A DNA stretch of 63,396 nucleotides, filler included, from Olpidium bornovanus S191 (Eukaryota; Fungi; Olpidiomycota): the NCBI GenBank assembly GCA_017911155.1. It is 30 parts of 30 records of this genome, joined end to end, with 100 filler letters (N's around TTAATTAATTAA, not from the genome) between each part and the next. Parts side by side here need not be neighbours in the genome. Positions count along the whole stretch, not along the records: positions 35,879 to 38,269 come from JAEFCI010001481.1; positions 38,370 to 41,687 come from JAEFCI010007172.1; positions 41,788 to 45,504 come from JAEFCI010008234.1; positions 45,605 to 47,567 come from JAEFCI010002684.1; 26 more parts are not named here. One strand, given 5' to 3'. The translations under genes were made by a program, and so were the position numbers. The notes beneath the pieces are model-generated. The model was not told the DNA's origin. It made no database searches and worked only from the letters and a program-made list of their open reading frames with translations. Positions 37,177 through 46,505 of this stretch are shown piece after piece (position 1 is the first letter of the stretch; the number at the start of each line of letters is the position of its first letter).

Positions 37177-37842
37177 ATGCCGGGTGAACCGGCGGTCGCT
37201 AGGAAGAAGGCGTGGGCAAAGCGCGCGGCCGCAGCCCTCCTCGCCGCGGCCGTCGCGCTCGCCGGTCCCGCGGGTTCGCAGAGCTCGGACCCGTCGCCGT
37301 CCTCGGACGCGCTGCCGCCGGCGGCGACTCCCGCCGTCGACGCGGCAGGCGCGGAGGCGACGCCGTCATGGCAGCCCGGAGACGCCCAGCCTTCTCCGTC
37401 GACGGACCCCTTCGCTGCTCCTGGAACGACCGCGGAGGCTGCGATGTCGAGCGCGGAAGCTCCCGACGACGGACCGATCACGATCTCGACAGACTTCACC
37501 GTCACGGTCCCGAAAACGATCCAGACGACGACCACCGAGCTCATCATCTTCATCAGCACCTCCGTTGTGATCAAAACCGCCATCGCCGTGCCCAAGACGG
37601 AGACCAGCTACGCCACCAGCATCTCCACGGAGACGGTCAGCACGGTCGTGACCGAGGTCTCAGTGGGCACCACCGTCATCCTGGCAACCCCGAGCCCGGA
37701 GGGTCCGCCGCCACTGCCGCCGGCCGGAGCCGCCGGGTTGTCCTCTGACGTCGCCGGCGCGGTGGCCGATGCTGCCGGACCTGCCCACGGCGTGGTCGTC
37801 GGCGTTGCGGCCGCCGGGTTTCGGGCGGCTCGAGCCATGTAG
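37177..37842 (+). CDS. Secreted Ser/Thr/Pro-rich cell-surface protein, possibly GPI-anchored, 221 aa
   Basis: Signal peptide AAAALLAAAVALAGPAGS, an S/P/A-rich stalk, a T/V/I-rich block and a hydrophobic C-terminus GVVVGVAAAGF. Single exon. Confidence 0.6.
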   Translation: MPGEPAVARKKAWAKRAAAALLAAAVALAGPAGSQSSDPSPSSDALPPAATPAVDAAGAEATPSWQPGDAQPSPSTDPFAAPGTTAEAAMSSAEAPDDGPITISTDFTVTVPKTIQTTTTELIIFISTSVVIKTAIAVPKTETSYATSISTETVSTVVTEVSVGTTVILATPSPEGPPPLPPAGAAGLSSDVAGAVADAAGPAHGVVVGVAAAGFRAARAM

Positions 37843-38369
37843 TCGTTTTTATTTTTTTTTACATTTTTTTTTTTTTTTTGCTTCCGCGTACGGCGTAGTC
37901 CGAGCCCACCGGGTTTCCAAACTCCTCTCATCCCCCCCTCAACGTCCTCCCTCCCGTCCCGCGGACTCGGCATGGTCGCGGAGGCTTTGTACCATACGTT
38001 TTGTATATGTACATATATGTAAATCTGGGTCGCCCGGCGATTATATTGTTCCGCTCACACGCAGCCCCTCACAACCGGGGCGGGGCAGCGAACAGAGAAA
38101 ACGGGGACCGGAAACCCCGCAGGCTTACGCACCCTGGACGCGCGCACGCATGTATGTTTCGCCGCACAGACACGTCGGCCTTGCGAGTGATGGTCGCAAA
38201 CGCTCGCGGGCGGGTGGAGGAGGACGAGGGATTATGCGGGGTGGAGAGCGGGCGTGCGGTTGCCGAGACNNNNNNNNNNNNNNNNNNNNNNNNNNNNNNN
38301 NNNNNNNNNNNNNTTAATTAATTAANNNNNNNNNNNNNNNNNNNNNNNNNNNNNNNNNNNNNNNNNNNN

Positions 38370-38475
38370 TTTTTTTTTGCGACGTGCGAATCTTCGTTTT
38401 TTGCGACGGGCGAGTCATTTTTTTTTCCGACGAGCGAATCTTCTTTTTTTTTGCAACGTGCGAATCTACTTTTTT
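38370..38475. repeat. About 4 degenerate copies of T(n)GCGACGTGCGAATCTTC
   Basis: Read directly at the contig start. Confidence 0.6.
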
Positions 38476-39361
38476 ATTGCGAGCACATGCCACGCTCCTT
38501 AGTGTCAACATTGTTGGTGCAACAACAAGCAAAAAGCAATGACTGCAGCGCACCAGTCTTTTATTATGTCGAGGAAATTGCTGTGGGCCGTAACAAGGGT
38601 CTGTTGAGCGTGGCATTTGTTGAGAACGAAGTTTACTATGAGATAATTCAGGGGAAAAGTGAACAAAAGCAAAACGAAGAAGACTGTACCTTGATAATTT
38701 CATCTCTCTGCAGCCGACGTTATTGCAAGAAGTGCAAAAAAGGTCAACTTGGAACAGGCACGGAAAAATGGAAGGAATTGGCTGAGTAAATATTTGTACC
38801 TCGTCCACTTTGGGGCGTTTCTGGTGTTTGGGATTTGCAGAAATTGGTTAACTCTGTTGGCTTGTTCCACCAGCCTGTAAGACGCGCAGGTTACGTACCA
38901 CAAGAGGTGTTTCAACATCGTCCTCCTCGGGCTTCCTCTTCTAGGATTGGGAGCACGTTGGCTTACAGCTGCTTGCAGCGCATTAGCGCGTTGCGCAGCT
39001 TTCTTACGTTCCCCCGTAGCAGAGTTGGTGCTGGCGAGCTGTATTGGACAACATTAGTATCCCGGCTTTAGACTGCCGCGGGCACGCGACGCGGAACGTT
39101 GACGCGCACCAGGCACAGTGCCCACGCGAACGAGAAGACTCACAAGCTCCAGCTCCCGCTCCAGTTCTTCTTTGGCCAGCTGGGCAATCTCCTTGTCTTC
39201 GCTCTTGGCGAGTTCGTGGAGGGCGCTGCGAAAGACGTCTTCGCCCCCTTCCCCGAACTTGGCGGTGAAGCGGGCCGGTCGCCCATTGGTTGGGAGACCG
39301 TCCTTGAGGACGCCGCCGCCAAAACCGCCGCGCACCCCATGCTTTTGTGAGCTGTAAGTGA

Positions 39362-39411
39362 CGGGGGAGTTTGTGAGCGGCGGGGGAGTTTGAGAGCGGC
39401 GGGGGAGTTTG
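39362..39411. repeat. 19-bp tandem repeat CGGGGGAGTTTG(T/A)GAGCGG x2.6
   Basis: Units start at 39362, 39381 and 39400. Confidence 0.85.
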
Positions 39412-39856
39412 GGGGCCTCCGATTTTTGACCACGTACAGAACGTTTCCCCCCCCCCCCCCCCCCGCCCCGGGCGCTTCGCCGTCACATACACCCCGCCCC
39501 CAACCCAAAACCCCGAAACCCCCAAAACGTCCGGGGAAGTTGAAGGAAAGTACAACGAAGCAGAGGACAAGACCGGACGCGAACCCCCATCTCCCGTCTG
39601 TCACGCTTTTCTTTCCCACCCCCGCTGGCAGAAGTTGCCCGGTATCTACCGCGCCACGCGCAAGGTGTGCATGACCACAGCTCCAGCGCCCGGCAAGCGA
39701 AGTCGAGGCAAGTGTGACGCGTCTTTTTGCATTTTGTTGGAAGGGGAAAAAACAGCGAAAGGGGCGGCCGCATGCTCTGCGGAGTATAGTGTTCGTGGTC
39801 AAGGCTGCAAAGGTGGCACTGGTGCACAGCCTTCTCTGGTCAGTTGTCCCGCAGTG

Positions 39857-40010
39857 CGGCAACCGGGAGGTTACTTGCCTTCGGTAACTCGGGTTGTCGA
39901 GTGTTGCGGCGCGGCAACTGGGAGGTTACTTGCCTTCGGTAAGTCTCGGGCTGTCGAGTGCTGCGGCGCGGCAACTTGGAGGTTACTCGGTGGTAACTCT
40001 CCGGTTTCCG
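39857..40010 (+). repeat. Three 55-57 bp tandem units, each folding into an irregular hairpin
   Basis: Units start at 39857, 39912 and 39969. Outer stem CGGCAAC(C/T) pairs with GGTTGTCG, GGCTGTCG or GGTTTCCG; inner stems GTTAC/GTAAC or ACTTGC/GTAAGT. Confidence 0.8.
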
Positions 40011-40363
40011 AGAGCTGCGGGCTGCTCCCGGTGGGCCGAAGGGGACCTGTGTCGCCTGGTACTGGGTACTGGTGCGCTTTTGTGGGGCTTGGAATTCTCT
40101 ACCGGTTTTCGGCCGGGTACCGCGCGTGGCTTTGCAAATGTTCTTTGCACTTTTGATCACCGCAAAGCCAGCCCGCCAAGTTGCCGCCGTGGAACTCTGT
40201 TAACTCATGGGGGCAGTGCGTCAACGGGCTGGTCTGGGGCGGGTTTGTCCTCTAGAGTATACTGCACTGCCCCTCCCTTGAATATGAACGATTTGGCTAA
40301 CCAGTACCGCTCTTCCCTGGGGTTTTTTTTACCCTCCGCGAGGGTTTTTTCCTAATAAAAAAA

Positions 40364-40433
40364 GGGAAGCTTGTCAAACACCTCCACGCGTTGCTTCCTG
40401 GGCAACGGTTCCTCAGGAACCGGCTAAGTTTGA
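40364..40433 (+). ncRNA. HDV-like (delta-like) self-cleaving ribozyme
   Basis: P1 GGGAAGC/GCUUCCU with G1.U wobble; P2 UCAAAC/GUUUGA; P3 ACC/GUU (central C.U mismatch); L3 UCCACGC; P1.1 CC/GG; GGGCAAC into P4 CGGUUCC-UCA-GGAACCG; J4/2 G-C-U-A-A with the catalytic C at 40424. Element lengths match the HDV antigenomic ribozyme. Confidence 0.85.
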
Positions 40434-41554
40434 TATTCCGACTCTGAGTAGCAAGTCGTGTCCTGGGACGCCGTGATCGTCCCAGTTCATTTTTCATTTT
40501 TTGCGCGCCGCAGAATTCTTTGTCTCATTTTTTATGCGAGATATCCTGGATTTTTTTTCTTTTTTGCGAGATCCCGGGAATTCACTCCGACGTTTTTCTT
40601 TCGGATTTCGCTGACCTTATTTTTTTGCTGGATATGGGGATTGTTCTGCTTTGCTTCTTTTTTTGCTGGATTTGCTGGGCTTACTCTCCATTTTTTTTAT
40701 TGGCAAGGCTTTTATTCACAGGGTGCTGCTTGGGTTCCCGGCTCGTCCAAGAGGGGTGTTCCGGCAGCCTGCACCAGAGCCCCCTTCCGTCACCGCAAGC
40801 GCCAGTTGGCACGTTGACCGCCGTGCAGGATCTAGCCAGCAATTGGCACCTTAACAGTGTGAAGGATCAGCTGCGGGACTTTGATCTGGCTTGGCGCGCC
40901 AACAGCCTTCTTCCGCCAATACGGGCATCATCGGTTAGGAAATTGACCACCGCGCAGGATTTAGCCAGCAAGCGATGCTTCAAATGTGTCCTATAGGTTC
41001 CGGAGAACGTTGCGGAGGGACCAACGGCGGTCCCGAACGCCTCGGGAAAGCCGGCAAGGCACGGTACACTGCAGTGCACCTTTCCCCTCACCCTGTTCGT
41101 GGAAAGGGTACCACCCGCTGCAGAAAGGACACTCGGGCACTCCTCTTCCTTTTGTAACGAGGAAATCGGAAGCTCAACTAGTGGTTGGCCGACGCGCGTG
41201 TTGCGAGTTGGCGGAGAGGGAAAGGCTTGCCCGGCGTTAGCCTGAACAAGTGCCGGTCAGGAGTACGCGCGGCGAGACGCTCCTCCGCACACACCCCCAC
41301 ATTTATCAGGAAGGGAAAGGAAAGGGAGCACCCCTGAGACAATTGGAAAGTCCCAACGTGACAACCCACGCAAACTCCACAACCCGGGCGCGCGCGGGGC
41401 TGAGGGTGGAACAGGTGGCGGTCGCCGGCAGGGATGACGGGGAAAAAAATAATAAAACTGCGAGAGTGGTGAAGGCGGAAAGACCACGTGCGGCCCCGAC
41501 CGGCGGGCAAGCGGGGCCGGTCGTGTCAATCCGCAAAGTACGAGCGGCGTGACG

Positions 41555-41575
41555 GTCACGTGACGGTCACGTGAC
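41555..41575. promoter_or_regulatory. Two tandem GTCACGTGAC sites (Cbf1/USF-type)
   Basis: GTGACG-GTCACGTGAC-G-GTCACGTGAC, 11-bp period. Confidence 0.5.
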
Positions 41576-41651
41576 AATCAAGGTAAGCTTCGTCCCCCTC
41601 CCGCACACGTTTGCGAAAAACGCCTCAATTGCATTGCGCCGTCGGAGGGGG

Positions 41652-41687
<36 letters not shown>

Positions 41688-42688
41688 NNNNNNNNNNNNN
41701 NNNNNNNNNNNNNNNNNNNNNNNNNNNNNNNTTAATTAATTAANNNNNNNNNNNNNNNNNNNNNNNNNNNNNNNNNNNNNNNNNNNNAAAATATCCGAAA
41801 AGGAGCCCTTTCGTCAATTTTCTTCCCCGGCGGGTTCGGCCTAGAACTTTTTTCCGCCCCCCCCCCCCCCCCCTTCCCCACCCCCTTCGCAGCAAAAATG
41901 CCGTCTACAAAACCTTAAGAAATAGCTCAAAACAGGCGTGGGGGAAAAGGGCCGTCGGCGATGTCGAAACCTCAGATGTCGGGAAAAAAAGAACGCTCTC
42001 GCTCACCGGGCACCGCGCCGGACGGGCTTCCGGTTATGTTTTTTTTTTCGACCGCAGCGGGCTGGGGCGCGGGTGTGGGCGCGGTGCGCATTTGTCCGGC
42101 GGGTTGAATCTGCGTGGGAAAAAAAAGTAGGAATAAGAAAAGTAACTAGAGCTGCTCTCGGTGCAATTTTCGCGCGTGCTGTGGGGTAAAAAGATTGCGG
42201 GAAAGGGGGTCCGATTTCCGGAAGAGACCGCTGACCATCTCACAGTAATCATCGCACGGGGAAACAAAAAAAAAAAACAAAAAAAAATTTGCGGGCGGGG
42301 CGCTTTCTCATCATCCGAAGAGCGCATCCACGCCCGCACACGGCGCCCGCGCTCTCCGCTGCCCGCCTTTTCTTCCCTTTCACCCGCCCCGGCCATTCGT
42401 CCGGCCTCCGCAGACCTCTTTACCCCGCGGCAGACGGAAGACATCTGCGCGGGCTGCGCGCGCCGTCACTTCCCCGCACCCCTCGCCACCGTCAAACCCC
42501 CCGCGCTGTGACGAAAGGCGGCAGGCACCCCGCCCGCCGGCGCGTGATGAAAGCCGCCACGGCGCGCCGGTGATCGCTTTTCCCGCACAGGACGCCGCCA
42601 CCCGGCTTTTCTGCGAACGAAGGTGAGCTGGACCTAGTTCTCCCCCCACCCGCACCCGCGCCTCCCTTTATCCCTTCTTCCTTCCTTC

Positions 42689-42762
<74 letters not shown>

Positions 42763-42786
42763 CCGGCCAAATTTTCCGCTCGGAAA

Positions 42787-43365
42787 ATGCGAGGGCTGGC
42801 TGCGTCGCGCAGCTTGCGCTCCGACAACTCTTCCTGCAAACGTCCGCACGTCGAAAAATACGACGAGGAAGGCTCAACACGTTTCTTATTCTTGCTCAGA
42901 TGCGATGCGCTTGCGGCCGCCGACAGAAAACCCCGGCCTGCCTCGGCGGTCCCGCCGCCGCCTACTCTCTCCCCGCCTCTTCCTCAAAATGGAAATTACA
43001 TGCCGCTTCCGCGCGCGATCGACGTCCTCGACGACAAACAGGTGTTCCGCCCGAACGCCGGCGCCATCCGCGGCTTGCAACTCGGCATTGCCGCTTTACA
43101 AAATTTCGCGATACGCTCTCGGAACGAGTTTATGGCACTGGAGGATCTGGCAAACGAGAAACATGTTGCAAAAAGGCACGACCAGGAGGGGAAAGTGACT
43201 TACGCAAAGGAGTATACTAGAGGCAAAACAGGACGGCAGCTACATTACGTAAAGGGTAGAAGGGAAAGAGCGTCGTTTGCCGCGGCTCAGGCATTCGAAC
43301 GCCACTCAGTCGTTTATAACGGCTTTGGATCGAACGAGACTCTGAAGATGGGAATGGCGGCGTGA
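42787..43365 (+). CDS. Hypothetical 192-aa ORF convergent with the ART gene
   Basis: Open frame with a protein-like middle (PLPRAIDVLDDKQVFRPNAGAIRGLQLGIAALQNF). No family recognised. Confidence 0.25.
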   Translation: MRGLAASRSLRSDNSSCKRPHVEKYDEEGSTRFLFLLRCDALAAADRKPRPASAVPPPPTLSPPLPQNGNYMPLPRAIDVLDDKQVFRPNAGAIRGLQLGIAALQNFAIRSRNEFMALEDLANEKHVAKRHDQEGKVTYAKEYTRGKTGRQLHYVKGRRERASFAAAQAFERHSVVYNGFGSNETLKMGMAA

Positions 43366-44222
43366 TCGTCGTAAATGACGGCGACATTCCCCGATATGCT
43401 GGAAAACCCAGGGCCTCGCCCGTTCGACCCGATAGCGACGAGCGAAAGGAGCATCTCGCCGTCGTGAGCGTAGTCGAACGAAACGCTGGCATCCGTCGAA
43501 AACCAAATTCCAGATCCACTCCGCGACATACACTGCCTGAATCCCTCCAAACAAATCGAATCACACCAGCTAGTACCGTGCCATAAAAGCGCAAGTTTCC
43601 TTCCTGCCAAAAGTGGTCTTTGCGACAACCATTCGATTCCGTAGGGTCCCGGATCCAAACGTTTCGCGTACGCTTCGAATCGGCTCAACAGGTTTGGATT
43701 CCCGAAATCGACTTTGGTGCAATCTGTGACTTTCGCTATAGGTTGAAAGTTGGCGCGGCAGGTCTCTTCAAATTGTGCTCGCACCCACGCTTCTTCGTTT
43801 CCGCCGCCGGCTTCGCGGATGACGTAAAAAACTTTTTCGAGCACCGTCCGTCTGTCGGTGTCGGTATTGCGGAGCCCCAAAGCCTGCGACGAACGGGCGC
43901 TTGCCATTTCCGCGTCGCTGTGCGCGGCTAGTCGTCTTCCCACAACAGCCGACGTGACCGGCTGGCCACCGCGTAGAACTGCTGCGGCGGCGGCCGTCTT
44001 CCCGGCGTTCGTCTTCTTCTCCGCCTGCTCGTAGGAGGCGGCGCACGTCGCGGCCTTGCTTTTCCGGGGTTTTCGGAGGCATCGGAATATAGCCTTCGCG
44101 GGCGGCGGCGGCGGATCGGATCTTCCAGGCTGGGCCAGGCGGCACCGCGATTTGCCGGGCCCTCCGAACGCCGGAGCCGCCGCCACCGACGCCGCCCCCG
44201 CAGCAGCAGCAGCCGCGGTCAT
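43314..44222 (-). CDS. PARP-like (diphtheria-toxin-type) ADP-ribosyltransferase domain protein, intronless, 302 aa
   Basis: LLWHGTS...ICLEGF...GSGIWFSTDASVSFDYA...EMLLSLVAIG...NVAVIYDDHAAIPIFRVSF follows the HGT / GxGIYF..S..Y / MLL..V..G / EYVVY..Q..P.Y.I.F order of PARP catalytic cores. Confidence 0.75.
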   Translation of the reverse strand: MTAAAAAAGAASVAAAPAFGGPGKSRCRLAQPGRSDPPPPPAKAIFRCLRKPRKSKAATCAASYEQAEKKTNAGKTAAAAAVLRGGQPVTSAVVGRRLAAHSDAEMASARSSQALGLRNTDTDRRTVLEKVFYVIREAGGGNEEAWVRAQFEETCRANFQPIAKVTDCTKVDFGNPNLLSRFEAYAKRLDPGPYGIEWLSQRPLLAGRKLALLWHGTSWCDSICLEGFRQCMSRSGSGIWFSTDASVSFDYAHDGEMLLSLVAIGSNGRGPGFSSISGNVAVIYDDHAAIPIFRVSFDPKPL

Positions 44223-45604
44223 AGCTGCCGAGAATGCCGCGGCGACGCCGCCGAAGGTATGTAGTAATATTGTGGAGGAAGCGCCCGCGGCGGCGGGCGG
44301 GAGGCGGGAGCGGGGGAGCCGGGGCCGACGCCGGGGCCGACCCCGCAGCAGCGATTGCGGACCGCGTTTGGCCGGTCGGTTTCTCTGTGCCGGGGGGAGT
44401 CAGAGCGAAAGCGGGGCGGGGGTGGGTGGGTTTTAGCTGTATACGCGAGGGGTTTCCCTGCCTGCGGAACCCTCCTTACTGCCGACAAATGCACACAAAG
44501 AAAAAAGAAAACCGCTTTCCTTTTTTTGCGCGCAAGGAGGGGGGGGGAAGGGGGAGGTTGGCAACGGCGGAATCGGACAAGCGGAAAGCTGGGCGTTGCG
44601 GAAAAACGGACGCGCGGGGGAGGGGCGAGATCGGCCCGAGACGCAGGACGAAGGTCCGCCTCCCGTCCGCCACGGCTGCGCGGGTCCTTCCGCGACCCAG
44701 AGAGTTCGATTGCAAGTGTCACCCACGTGCGCGTTTGTTTGGCTCAGTTTGTTTTCTCGAACGCGGAAGAAGCTTAGGCTGCCTGCACACTCCCCTTCCC
44801 CCCCTCCTCCCCACCCGCCACCTCCCCGCTTCCCGCGTCACGCGACCAAGCCATCACCACCCCATCTCCTGCCCAACCGCTCGCCGCCCGCGTTCCACTC
44901 CCCCCCACCCCCCCCTCCCGCCGCGGCTTCGCGGCTTTACAGGCTGGGTCCGGCCGCGCGTTTCCGCCACAACCCACCCGCCCCGGCCGGCCTGCCGGCC
45001 CGGGCGGTTCGGGGGGGAATGTTTTAGAAATCGGTCGGAACGCACTATGCGATATCCGGGGGAAGAAGACCGCCCCTCGGGTTCTTTTTTTTTTCTTTTT
45101 TTCTTTTACCCACAGCGTGTCCTTCGAAAGTTCCCTTCCCGTCAGCTCAGGGGTTTTTCTCTTTTCTTTGCGACCTACCCGAACTTTTTTCCCCCCACTT
45201 ACACACGAGGAAACGGGGAAGGGCGGTCCTGGCCGAGAACGGCGCGTTTTTTTGTTTTCTTTTTATTTTCTTCGTTATTATTTTGCATTATTTATTGTTT
45301 TGATTATTCGTACAGTTTCTGTTTCAATTATTTGTACAGTTTCTGTTTCAATTATTCTTTTAATAATTTTTCGCCATATGTGCCATGGTTTTACGCTAAT
45401 TCGGACTCCGATCTAGTTCTCCCGCTTTGACAAGCTCATCGTGGCTGAGGTCACGAAGTCGAGGAATCTCCCATACGATGCGCCGTTGTTCCAGTTCGGA
45501 GCGGNNNNNNNNNNNNNNNNNNNNNNNNNNNNNNNNNNNNNNNNNNNNTTAATTAATTAANNNNNNNNNNNNNNNNNNNNNNNNNNNNNNNNNNNNNNNN
45601 NNNN

Positions 45605-46505
45605 AAACATCGACACCTGCGCATCTGAGCACACGTCACCGACATTGACAGGTGCAATCGAGCTGGATACCACGAAAACACGTCGTTTGTTCTCTACAAC
45701 CTTACCCACTCCGTCCCAAACCATGGGAATGGGATTAATTCGCGTTCACAGCGATCACATGAATTTTTAATTGAAAAACGCACTTCACGCCCCCAACCTA
45801 CGCCACGCTGTTGTCTGCTGATCAGGCAATCTGCCAAGGCATCCAAGTCGTGACGTTGGGCCCCTGTCGATTTATCAAAGACTGCGCGTCATAATCGTTA
45901 CTGTTTATCTCAACAAACAACGCCTCTACGTACTAAACAAACGTGACGAAGAATCACTTGTGAATATTGGAAATCCTGCGCACCCGACAACATCAGCGCA
46001 CCCGAGTCTTGCCTTGGTCATATCAAGCGCTCCGACTGTATCCGTTTCCGCAGATGCTTTGCAGATGAGGGTCTGGCATAACCGTCTCGGTCATTTGGGG
46101 ACGACTAATTTTCTTCACTTGTCAAATCTGGCTTCCGGCGTTGCATTCCGCGATCCCCGACAACACCAGCGCATCCGAGTATTGCCTTGGTCATATCAAG
46201 CGCTCCCACCGTATCCGTTTCCGCAGATGCCTTGCAGATGAGGGTCTGACATAACCGTCTCAGTAATTTGGGGACGACTAATTTTCTTCACCTGTCAAAT
46301 CGGGCTTCCGGCATTGCATTCCGCGATTCCATCAAAGACTGTGATTATTGCCTAATTTCAAAAACGGTGCAGCGCTCATATCCGCTTTCCGACACACACC
46401 TCTTGCGAACTGGCAGAACTGATCCATGCATCATCACCCATTCCCCGTCAGCATCGACGGTTCCAAGTATTACATTGCTTTTATTTGACATTGCTTTTAT
46501 TTGAC
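45605..46505 (+). mobile_element. Ty1/Copia pol relic (protease, GAG-pre-integrase, integrase start) with internal tandem duplication
   Basis: IDTCASEH (protease D-S/T-G-A-S motif); GMGLIRV; LKNALHAPNL; VWHNRLGH; CDYCLISK; PFPVSIDGSKYYIAFI. Stops and frameshifts throughout. Confidence 0.85.

Noticed and set aside
39054-39335. SEDKEIAQLAKEELE resembling release factor 1
   Set aside because: The expected downstream LEIRAGTGG motif is absent; it reads as a generic helical segment.
39857-40010. Hairpin repeats as hammerhead ribozymes
   Set aside because: No CUGANGA/GAAA core was seen on either strand; kept only as structured repeats.
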